This document shows, one piece after another, positions 57,301 through 64,000 of a DNA stretch of 64,000 nucleotides. How positions within the stretch are numbered: position 1 is the first letter of the stretch; each line of letters starts with the position of its first letter. Below the pieces are notes generated by a model. That model saw only the letters and a program-made list of their open reading frames with translations, did not search any database and was not told where the DNA came from. The DNA is from an uncultured Candidatus Saccharibacteria bacterium (GTDB lineage Bacteria; Patescibacteriota; Saccharimonadia; CAILAD01; GCA-016700035): positions 87,273 to 151,272 of the forward strand of contig CAYVVS010000001.1 in the NCBI GenBank assembly GCA_964454845.1, written 5' to 3'. Both the position numbers and the translations under genes were made by a program.

Positions 57301-58771
57301 TGCGCTTAGCTGGAGTGCCCCGCAGCTTCCCGGTTCCGGAATTGCGAGCTATAAGATTTATCGCTCAACCAATAATGTGAACTTTACAGAAGTAGGAACA
57401 ACATCAAGTACGAATCTAAGCTTTATCGATTCTGGCCTCTCGCAGACTGACTACTATTATTATGTGAAAGCTTGTGATGATGCCGATAGTTGCAGTGTGG
57501 CAAGTAATACGGAGACCAAGTATCCAAACGGGCGTTATACTACCCCGGCTCGTTTGACTGACGATACGGATCAACCAAAGATTAGGGATATTGGTACGCG
57601 TAAAGCTACTATTTATTGGTTTACGGATAGGGCAAGTGATTCAAAGATTGCCTATGGCACTGCACCTGGTCAGTACTTCCCAGAAGAGGTCGGGAATTCA
57701 ACACAGGATTCATCTCATGTTGTAAATCTTACAAACTTAGAGCCAGGTAAGACGTATTACTATGTGGCTCGTTGGACTGACGAAGATGGGAATACGGGCA
57801 TTTCCCAGGAGAGGGCGTTTACAACACTGCCGGCACCAACTGTGCGGGAAGTTTCAGCTTCAAACCTTACAATAAGCTCTGCTGCTGTTAATTTTACAAC
57901 TGAAAATGCATACAAGGCTAATGTATACTTCGGTACCAGCGATGCTTTTGGGGGCGTGAAGAGCATAAATACATCAATTTCTTCATCAAGCTACAGCTTG
58001 AGCTTGAATGATTTGCAAGATGGTCAAAAATATTTCTACAAAATAAGCACCGTAGATGCGGATGGCTATGAATATCAGGGTGATATATACAGTTTTACTA
58101 CTCCAGCTCGTCCAAAAATTACGAATTTGCGCTTTGAGACGGTAGAGGGTGAGCCGAGCAGTACCCAAAAAATTGTATGGACAACCAATGTGGCCACTAC
58201 AAGTGAAGTGGTGTATGGGTTGGTTGGGGGAGAGCAATCTGAAGCTGTGAGCTCCACTCTGGTGACGGAACACGAAGTGATAGTTCGTGGTTTGGCGGAC
58301 AACGCTGATTATGAGTTGGTTGCGCGTTCCCGCGACGCTGCCGGTAACCTCGCGGTTTCTGATAAACAGTTCTTTCAAACAGCCGAAGATACACGCGCGC
58401 CAAAAGTCTCAGAATTTAAGGTTGAGACGGATATCCGTGGAACTGGTGGAGAGGCACGTGGGCAGATAATTGTATCGTGGCGCACAGATGAGCCGGCTAC
58501 TAGCCAAGTGGCGTTTGCTAAGGGGCGTACAACAGAGCTCAGTAACCGTTCCTCGCAGGATACACGCTTAACTACTGAGCATGTCGTGGTCGTGTCTGAC
58601 CTTACTACTTCAAGTATCTATCAAGTGCAGGCAGTGTCGGCTGATAAGGCCGGTAACGAGTCGTTTTCCGATGCTCAAACAGCAATTATTGGTCGCGGTA
58701 CTGAAAATATCTTCAGTATCATCTTTAATGCGCTGCAAGCTATCTTTGGCTTTGGGGATACGAATTTATGA
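54323..58771 (+). CDS. Giant surface protein 2 (1482 aa; paralog of giant 1 C-terminal module)
   Basis: Basic N-terminal ~100 aa and one TM helix (SLVVMMVLMFF). Distinct beta-sandwich N-terminal domain (…DLRFTNRYSNQDVPYWV…). From about aa 630, a ~850-aa FN3-rich module collinear and similar to the C-terminal module of giant 1, same C-terminal tail (…IFSIIFNALQAIFGFGDTNL). Stop overlaps the next ATG. Start may be 54338. Confidence 0.8.
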   Translation: MRKKVMTKSKKQIPQKSTRLVDAVRQSSVAVRKNSQSFEAIQHKTRLGVVYIAVKDFVRRAPENLKVGVSRAGRSRQRILGKIAARLPKIALPQFQASNRLKSVVASTSLVVMMVLMFFNMGVHNVARAFDTLNQSDWSGGQGISPVNQYEEKDGNVVTATAGQLSLSGGASAWCSTANCNTNWTRRKVLVPRGGINDTDMTYAQVQLTVEYENEMKSDFSDLRFTNRYSNQDVPYWVMRKTDGVSATVFLKIQLSSGGVDSHTYMYYGNAAATSLSSKGGVFDLYDSYDTGSLQGNYFDIDGADGEIDGLGGKLTRLDYGISHPGPFSRDRTRVYEADLKLDLSSYTCGDSAGVGSIEIGFQGGTAELYFDMPANCDSNGKYWRVSGATNGSESVNFPDSTAYHFTSNIYVRLRLVAYQDGGHAYFFSRDNGETYTAFPGVNTGINSDNFPTEYYLSNGNAVTTYRHVVAYQGLLDRSTSLNFDASVEEYVNGRVGGFTSVEYDLGSDRTFFGDLNITYTGTGAVGVYISGSDTPGGTLDSISMYVSCPFVKNTTAISSDCLPAGSRYVRYYLLLSSDAANSLVIQDVSLEYSIDVDSPTIVSGVQTRRTSNNAVISTGWINETPKFSWNASVDGVDGSGIAGYCLYFGTDSGADLSTTQGLLPTTSPYDTGGLCQYAIQATSLDLSQLTLQSSLTTNTQYHLKIQPFDNAGNLATATTSALGYDTDTPGPYTTAFGPNGYVNSPIQPVNWAKDAPAMVVDDGGSGVAGIKYCVFSYATGDGCSLFGGSPSDFPWYGPARTNSLPNDPIDVYSFSSGGFNLVDDDLARMTDEGLNGVVLLLIDNAGNVAQFGSGGAPVIINVTQQPPSAPQNLQVSPSSNNENAFSFTWAAPATASGPTGQVDYCWTVNVSIASDGSNCNWTGQGITQLAQGAYATQQGSNTLYLMAKDQSQNFSNANVTSVNFTATTVAPGPPQNLELSDVSIRATSSWKIALSWSAPQLPGSGIASYKIYRSTNNVNFTEVGTTSSTNLSFIDSGLSQTDYYYYVKACDDADSCSVASNTETKYPNGRYTTPARLTDDTDQPKIRDIGTRKATIYWFTDRASDSKIAYGTAPGQYFPEEVGNSTQDSSHVVNLTNLEPGKTYYYVARWTDEDGNTGISQERAFTTLPAPTVREVSASNLTISSAAVNFTTENAYKANVYFGTSDAFGGVKSINTSISSSSYSLSLNDLQDGQKYFYKISTVDADGYEYQGDIYSFTTPARPKITNLRFETVEGEPSSTQKIVWTTNVATTSEVVYGLVGGEQSEAVSSTLVTEHEVIVRGLADNADYELVARSRDAAGNLAVSDKQFFQTAEDTRAPKVSEFKVETDIRGTGGEARGQIIVSWRTDEPATSQVAFAKGRTTELSNRSSQDTRLTTEHVVVVSDLTTSSIYQVQAVSADKAGNESFSDAQTAIIGRGTENIFSIIFNALQAIFGFGDTNL

Positions 58772-59571
58772 GTCAGTCTCTTGTTTCTTTCCGCGATGTC
58801 TCGCGTGATTTTCGTGCTATAGATGGTACGGTGAGTGTTTTGAAGGATATAAATTTTGAGGTAGAACCTGGTAGTTTTACTATTATTTATGGACCTTCTG
58901 GTAGTGGTAAGACAACAATTTTGAATATGATTTTGGGTCTTTTGCCGCCAACCAAGGGGGATGTCGTGGTGGCCGGGCAAAGCTTGTATGATCTCAATCA
59001 AGATGGTCGTGCAAAGTTTAGGGCCGCACATTATGGTGTGGTGAGCCAAGTGAATAACTGGGTCCTCAGTATGAATGTGCAGGAGAATGTTGCCCTGCCG
59101 TTATATCTTTCGGGTACTCCACGTCATGAAGCACTTAAGAAGGCTGCGGCTAGCATTGAGCGTGTTGGGCTTGCGAAGTATATGCGCTACAATCCGGCAG
59201 TGTTGTCAATTGGTCAACAACAGCGCATTTCTATGGCGCGAGCTACCGTAAAAACACCGCAACTTTTGATAGCTGACGAGCCGACCGGCAACCTTGATAC
59301 CACGAATGGCGACATGATTATGCAGCTGATGACCAGCTTTAGAAATCATGAAAATACTACAGTGATTTTGGTTACACACAATCTTGATTATCTTTCTTTA
59401 AGTAGCCATAGATTATTCTTAAAAGATGGCGTGCTCTCAATTGATGAGGGCGGCTACCAATCCGAAGAAGAGCGTCGTCGCATGCTGATGACAAGCTTCT
59501 TGGAGGTGAATAAGGCGGCTGAAATACAACCAGCAAAAGTTCCTGTAAAGAGAGGTGGTAAACGTGGCTGA
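58768..59571 (+). CDS. ABC transporter ATP-binding protein, MacB/LolD/FtsE family (cassette 2)
   Basis: Walker A GPSGSGKTT, LSIGQQQRIS signature, Walker B LLIADEPT. Paralog of 12303-13142. ATG overlaps the giant-2 stop (ATGA). Confidence 0.85.
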   Translation: MSQSLVSFRDVSRDFRAIDGTVSVLKDINFEVEPGSFTIIYGPSGSGKTTILNMILGLLPPTKGDVVVAGQSLYDLNQDGRAKFRAAHYGVVSQVNNWVLSMNVQENVALPLYLSGTPRHEALKKAAASIERVGLAKYMRYNPAVLSIGQQQRISMARATVKTPQLLIADEPTGNLDTTNGDMIMQLMTSFRNHENTTVILVTHNLDYLSLSSHRLFLKDGVLSIDEGGYQSEEERRRMLMTSFLEVNKAAEIQPAKVPVKRGGKRG

Positions 59572-60847
59572 ACGTAAGCGCATGAATGACACGGTGTCCG
59601 AAAAAGTGCTTGCACCGCGTGTGCGTAAACACCATCATTCTGAGCAAGAAGGGGTGATTGCGACGTCGATTTTGGTACGAATGGCTGCTCAAAATCTTTT
59701 CTTTAAAAAACTTCGCACCACGCTGACTATTTTGGGGGTAGTTATCGGAATTGGCGCAGTTGTATTCTTGCTCTCATTTGGTTATGGCCTTCAGGACCTC
59801 GTAAGCCGCCAGGTAGTCGGGTCAAAATCGGTTAAGAGTATTGATGTGACTAAGCCGCGTTCAGCAGCTATAAAGTTTGATGGCGATAATATTACCCGCA
59901 TGAAAAATATTGGTTCGGTTGAGGAAGTAGCGCGGGTTTATACCGAGGCGGCAAAGGTAAAATCTGGCGGCTCGCAAGTTGATTCTGTGGTCTTTGGGGT
60001 TGATGCAGAATATCTAGATCTCAGTTCAGTTCGCGTTGTTACAGGAAAGTCGTTGCTGGCTGGCGGTGGGACCGATGAGGCACTCGTGAATACTTCGCTG
60101 GCTAAGGCTGTAGGCTTACCGCAGGGTGATCAGGCGCTTGGTAAGGTGATTAGCCTAAACCTGGATATCGTGCAGGCCGATGGGGTTAAAAAATCGATTC
60201 AAAAAGATGTAAAAGTGATTGGTCTGGTGGAAGGTAACGCAAGTGCTGAAGCGTTTGTTCGTAGTCAGCTGTTTATCGAGAATGGTGTCCAAGATGCGAG
60301 CCAGGTTAAGATACTTACGACTGACCGCAGCACAGTCGGGCAAGTGCGAAAAGAAGTTGAAAGCATTGGGTTTGCCACCGCTTCGCCGCTCGACACGCTG
60401 GACCAGATTTCACAAGTCTTTGGTCTCTTACAGATGATCTTTCTTGGGTTTGGCGGCATTGGCATGGTGATTGCTATTTTGGGTATGTTTAACACGCTCA
60501 CCATCTCACTCTTGGAACGCACGCGAGAAATAGGTTTACTGATTGAGTTTGGTGCTCGCCAGAGAGATATAAAACGACTTTTCATTATCGAATCGTTGAT
60601 GCTTTCTGTATTAGGGGGCTTCATCGGGCTCGTGAGCGCCTTTATGCTTGGTAGGTTTGCGGATATAGCGATAAGCAGCTTTGCGCGCAGTCGTGGCGTT
60701 CAAGAGGCAGTCTCAGCGTTTATGGTAACCCCTCAGTTGGCAATAACTACACTAGTCTTAAGCGCATTGTTTGGTCTCATCGTTGTATATTTCCCAGCCC
60801 GACGAGCATCTCGAATTGATCCGATTGACGCGTTGAGGTACGAATAG
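59564..60847 (+). CDS. ABC permease, MacB/FtsX family (cassette 2)
   Basis: Paralog of 13139-14410, same TM1 / extracytoplasmic domain / FtsX organisation. Start ambiguous: GTG 59555, GTG 59564 (best SD spacing) or ATG 59582. Confidence 0.75.
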   Translation: MAERKRMNDTVSEKVLAPRVRKHHHSEQEGVIATSILVRMAAQNLFFKKLRTTLTILGVVIGIGAVVFLLSFGYGLQDLVSRQVVGSKSVKSIDVTKPRSAAIKFDGDNITRMKNIGSVEEVARVYTEAAKVKSGGSQVDSVVFGVDAEYLDLSSVRVVTGKSLLAGGGTDEALVNTSLAKAVGLPQGDQALGKVISLNLDIVQADGVKKSIQKDVKVIGLVEGNASAEAFVRSQLFIENGVQDASQVKILTTDRSTVGQVRKEVESIGFATASPLDTLDQISQVFGLLQMIFLGFGGIGMVIAILGMFNTLTISLLERTREIGLLIEFGARQRDIKRLFIIESLMLSVLGGFIGLVSAFMLGRFADIAISSFARSRGVQEAVSAFMVTPQLAITTLVLSALFGLIVVYFPARRASRIDPIDALRYE

Positions 60848-60849
60848 AG

Positions 60850-63093
60850 GTGGCACAAATAGATCCTCGCCACGCTATGAAACTGGGGCTTTACTGCCTA
60901 GTGTCTCTTGTGCTGAGTCTGATAGTCTTTTCGCAGTCTGCGAAGGCCTATGATGGAGAAGTAAATTATATTGGCACAAACACGAATTTAAGTGGGGATG
61001 ATAACTCTGCCGGGCCATTCAATTTGGGGTTTACATTTCGACATTTCGACACGGATTATACGCAAGCTTATATAAACATTAACGGCACTGTTAATTTTGG
61101 TACGGCCTATGCCGGCTATAGTAATGTGGGCTTGCCGAGTGCAACGCCTGGGCGCTGTGTGTGTGCTTTTTGGGATGATCTCATCACTCAATCTGGCAAG
61201 AAGTCTATTTACTACGCAACAATAGGCGATGCGCCAAATCGTAAGTTTGTAGCGCAATGGACGAACATGTATTTTTACTCAAATCCAAGCCTACCAATGG
61301 GTACGTTCCAGGTTATTTTGTATGAAGGTAGTAATGATATCCAGATTCAATATCGCGATCTTCTCGGAGGTACTGATTCGCAGGGTACGAGTGCAACAAT
61401 TGGCATCAATAAGGATGCGGCAACCGCCTATCAGCATTCCTATAACTCGGCGGGCATCACCCAAGAGCAGGCTATTCGTTATAGCTATACTTCGACTGAC
61501 ACCTATAACGTCAATACGGCTGCAAGCTACGATCCAGTCTACTTGCTGGGTTCCGATGTCCCGGCTAGTCCCAACCTTATTAATCCTACCAATGGTGTGA
61601 CGGGGGTTACTACGACACCAACTTTCGAGTGGCAGGCCGTAGATTTGGCTACATCTTATCGAGTATTAATTTCTACAGTAAGCAACTTTTCCACTACAGT
61701 CGTAAACCAATCGGGGCTGACTGGAACTAGCTATACGCTTGGTTCTGCTTTGAGCTACAACACTTTGTACTACTGGCGAGTTGAAGCAATTAACAGTAGT
61801 GGTTCAAGTTTTTCTGGGACTCGCACGTTTACTACTTCCGCTCAACCTAATGCTGCACCTTCAACCCCTACAGGGCTGGGGGCTTCTCTGTTGTTGAGCG
61901 GCGGCCGGTTGAACCTCGCCACACTGATGAATACAGATTTTGCGTTTACACTTTCGGACTCGGACGCAGGTGAGCAGCTTCGTTATAGGATACAGATAGC
62001 AAATGATACAGCATTTAGTGATTTGGTTATTGATTATCGATCTGAGTTTGCTTCGGCGGGTGCGCGCACATTCAATTTTGGTGATAGCGGCACCTATCTT
62101 GTGGGGAGTGCAAGCACTACGCTTGTGGATGGAGATGAGTATTATTGGCGCGTGAGAGCTGAAGATGACGGAAGCGCTTCATCGAATTATGCGACTGCAA
62201 CCGTGAGCGGTTCTGCATTCACCTACGATATTACGGCTCCTGATGCCCTTGCTAAGCCTACACTTGTCGGGCAAGCACTCATTAGGGGCACACTTGTGAG
62301 TTGGGACGCCACGACCGATATACATCCGGCCGCGCAAGCTTATAGGTTGGAGTATGCCGCTCAGGCTGACTTTAGTGACGCGCAGGTGGTAACTACCTCG
62401 GCTGCAACTGCAAGTCTCGCTAACCTGACGGCAGGGGAGTGGTTTGTCAGGGTATTCGTTATCGATGCCGCTGGCAACCAGTCATCTGCAAGTCCAACCC
62501 TAAGCTTTACGTTGGAGCCGGCAGTCGAAGGGCCGGTTACGAGTCCGGATACCGTGATTGAGGTTATATCTACACCCCCACCGAAGAGTATCGTACCGAA
62601 AACTCTTGTTCCACAAGCTAATATTTCAACTAGCACTACTCGATCGGTTAACGAAAATCGAGCAGCAGATTCAGCAAAGGTTGTAACAGTACGTATCGTT
62701 GTGAGAGATCAAAACGGTAGTCCTTTACAGGGCGCAGTTGTGACACTATATTCAACGCCGCGTACTGCGATCACGGATGATAGGGGTGTTGCCGTATTCG
62801 AGAGTATGCCAGTAGGGCAGCATACCGCCGTCGTGAGTTACGCTGGCCAAGTTGTACGCCAGTCAGTAAAGCTTGAATCAAGTATGGTTACATCTAGTGC
62901 TGAGGCGGCGGTGGATCTAGCTGTGGAAGTACCTGCGGTACTAGGTGTAGAGCCTATCCGTGCTCAGTCTCTTCGGCTGCAAGGAAGCCCCCACTTTATT
63001 ATTGAGCTTATGCTGATTACGGGCCTTTCATTGTTATTTATTCTCGTCGTTGAAAAACGCTCCAGTAATAAGCTGAGTAGTAAGACGAAGTGA
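60850..63093 (+). CDS. Secreted FN3-repeat protein with carboxypeptidase-regulatory-like domain and C-terminal TM anchor (747 aa)
   Basis: Signal peptide MKLGLYCLVSLVLSLIVFSQSAKA (alternative start 60877). FN3-like units (…PTFEWQAVDLATSYRVLIS…YYWRVEAIN…). Transthyretin/CarboxypepD_reg-like beta-sandwich (…VTVRIVVRDQNGSPLQGAVVTLYS…). C-terminal hydrophobic helix and basic tail. Begins 2 nt after the permease stop. Confidence 0.7.
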   Translation: MAQIDPRHAMKLGLYCLVSLVLSLIVFSQSAKAYDGEVNYIGTNTNLSGDDNSAGPFNLGFTFRHFDTDYTQAYININGTVNFGTAYAGYSNVGLPSATPGRCVCAFWDDLITQSGKKSIYYATIGDAPNRKFVAQWTNMYFYSNPSLPMGTFQVILYEGSNDIQIQYRDLLGGTDSQGTSATIGINKDAATAYQHSYNSAGITQEQAIRYSYTSTDTYNVNTAASYDPVYLLGSDVPASPNLINPTNGVTGVTTTPTFEWQAVDLATSYRVLISTVSNFSTTVVNQSGLTGTSYTLGSALSYNTLYYWRVEAINSSGSSFSGTRTFTTSAQPNAAPSTPTGLGASLLLSGGRLNLATLMNTDFAFTLSDSDAGEQLRYRIQIANDTAFSDLVIDYRSEFASAGARTFNFGDSGTYLVGSASTTLVDGDEYYWRVRAEDDGSASSNYATATVSGSAFTYDITAPDALAKPTLVGQALIRGTLVSWDATTDIHPAAQAYRLEYAAQADFSDAQVVTTSAATASLANLTAGEWFVRVFVIDAAGNQSSASPTLSFTLEPAVEGPVTSPDTVIEVISTPPPKSIVPKTLVPQANISTSTTRSVNENRAADSAKVVTVRIVVRDQNGSPLQGAVVTLYSTPRTAITDDRGVAVFESMPVGQHTAVVSYAGQVVRQSVKLESSMVTSSAEAAVDLAVEVPAVLGVEPIRAQSLRLQGSPHFIIELMLITGLSLLFILVVEKRSSNKLSSKTK

Positions 63094-63396
63094 GCGGCTG
63101 ATCGCTTAGTCGCACAATTCTAGTTAGTATAAAATGTTAAAGTTTTTTGGAGCCGGCAGGCCCTTTTTATTTTGGTCCCGCTATGTGTTTATGCGTGTTT
63201 GTCGGCCAACACAAAGCTTGAGGGGTGGTACGAGGGGATTTATTAGTTGCATAAATTTCGTCAAAAAAGAAACCAGGTTAGGGTGGTTGTGGGGACCGTC
63301 CTAACCTGGAGAAGTGTCTTGTGTGTTTGTTTTTGAGTAATATATGTGTGCAGCAGCACTACACCGATAATACGGCTTATGCATAACCTTTGTCAA

Positions 63397-63428
63397 CAAA
63401 AAAGTTGTGGATAACCACAACTTTTTTA
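63397..63428. terminator. Bidirectional terminator downstream of fba (A-run / 12-bp perfect inverted repeat / T-run)
   Basis: AAAAAGTTGTGG-ataa-CCACAACTTTTTT. Confidence 0.6.
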
Positions 63429-63448
63429 CACGAACATGCGTTTACAGG

Positions 63449-64000
63449 TTAGCTATCCTGGGTGGCGCTGACAAAGTTATCTGTTGGGCCCGCTTCGGTG
63501 GCCTTGAACTGGCCATGTCGAGCCTCGGCGCAGGCTTTAGTGAGTTCAAAATAGATTTTCTGAGCCTGACTTGCATTTTCATTTTTACCGGCCCACGCTT
63601 TCATGGCTGGGTCTTGCACGGCACGTGAGAATGAGAAGGTTATCGGCCATGGCTGTTTGCCTGCGGCGCCAATGGCCTGCAGGTTGTCGCGAGCTTGTTC
63701 GGGGGTTTGTCCGCCGGAGAGGAATACGATGCCACCCATTGTGCCTGGAATCGCCTCGTTCAGAACGGCTAGGGTATGTTCGGCAACCTCGGCCGGTGTT
63801 GACTCGGCCCCAGACTGCTTGCCAGCTAGCACCATGCTGGTTTTTACGATGCAGCCTGTGAGGTCGACGCGGTAGGCCTTAAGCATCTGCACGAGTAGCT
63901 TGAGAATGTCTGCTGTTACTTCGTGGGCCCTTGAGAGGTCTTGAGGACCATCGTATAGCACTTCTGGTTCTACAATGGGTACAATGCCGGCTGACTGGCA
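63449..64000 (-). CDS. fba: Fructose-bisphosphate aldolase class I (eukaryotic type), 3' portion; gene continues beyond the window
   Basis: …IVFLSGGQTPEQARDNLQAIG… and …PWPITFSFSRAVQDPAMKAWAGKNEN… match the class I aldolase C-terminal region. ORF is open to the window edge. Confidence 0.75.
   Translation of the reverse strand, partial: CQSAGIVPIVEPEVLYDGPQDLSRAHEVTADILKLLVQMLKAYRVDLTGCIVKTSMVLAGKQSGAESTPAEVAEHTLAVLNEAIPGTMGGIVFLSGGQTPEQARDNLQAIGAAGKQPWPITFSFSRAVQDPAMKAWAGKNENASQAQKIYFELTKACAEARHGQFKATEAGPTDNFVSATQDS

Noticed and set aside
6995-58378. Numerous 60-150-aa ORFs antisense to or out of frame within the three giant genes (e.g. 6995-7300, 47588-47902, 51731-52177, 54650-54943, 57986-58378)
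   Set aside because: These are expected byproducts of long repetitive G/S/T/N-rich coding sequence. None has a start context or known motif, and the giant ORFs are uninterrupted.
63397-63428. DnaA-box-like TGTGGATAA inside the palindrome AAAAAGTTGTGGATAACCACAACTTTTTT
   Set aside because: It is better explained as a bidirectional rho-independent terminator between convergent genes. It is a single box without a cluster, unlike the paired direct repeats at 6068-6099.
1-64000. CRISPR arrays / cas genes
   Set aside because: No short direct-repeat/spacer arrays seen. The only Cas2-like fold is the C-terminal domain of the PaaX-like regulator at 24433-24990, a common non-CRISPR context.

Overview
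This 64-kb window looks like part of a small, Gram-positive-type genome at roughly 48% GC. Candidatus Saccharibacteria / CPR is my guess, from murT-gatD, a T-box-like thrS leader, class I aldolase and several giant ORFs; I cannot confirm it without a database. About 60% of the window is ordinary housekeeping DNA.

Housekeeping content:
- Five tRNAs (Asp, Gly, Thr, Pro, Val), tmRNA and RNase P RNA.
- rplY, nrdR, dinB, thrS, miaA, murT-gatD, rpmB, uppP, rnhA, rplT-rpmI-infC (on the minus strand), comM, a bactofilin and an M50 protease.
- Two envelope-glycan clusters: a processive GT2 (QxxRW) with a WecA/MraY-like transferase at 1.2-4.4 kb, and a priming sugar transferase with GT4/GT28 genes at 27-40 kb.

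The unusual content is a set of giant surface-protein cassettes, which I think are the most likely novel system:
- Two paralogous, translationally coupled cassettes (6.2-14.4 kb and 54.3-63.1 kb). Each has a giant FN3-rich surface protein (2033 aa and 1482 aa), then an ABC ATPase, then a 4-TM MacB/FtsX-type permease. The gene junctions are 1-nt-spacer, ATGA and GTGA overlaps.
- The two giants share a roughly 1150-aa C-terminal module ending in a conserved amphipathic tail (…SII.N.LQ.IFGF…) but have different N-terminal ectodomains.
- Cassette 2 carries a fourth gene, a 747-aa secreted FN3 protein with a C-terminal TM anchor.
- Divergent from cassette 2 lies a 2649-aa protein: an N-terminal anchor, a GLUG beta-helix, many NHL beta-propeller repeats and FN3 units, a Pro/Ser stalk, and a C-terminal histidine-kinase core. 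Its stop overlaps (ATGA) the start of a secreted S8 subtilase. No response regulator is visible.
- I could not find a described precedent for ABC/FtsX pairs dedicated in cis to giant adhesin-like proteins, or for a histidine kinase with a ~2000-aa propeller ectodomain coupled to a subtilase.

Other points:
- A 5'-truncated large-serine-recombinase fragment runs into tRNA-Asp at the left edge (possible integrated-element boundary).
- Duplicated and inverted tRNA-Thr fragments sit just upstream of the tRNA-Thr gene.
- Two DnaA-box-like 11-mers lie in the nrdR/giant-1 intergenic region.
- A 77-nt identical intragenic DNA repeat occurs inside the kinase gene.
- A -10 motif TGCTACAAT recurs at four places.
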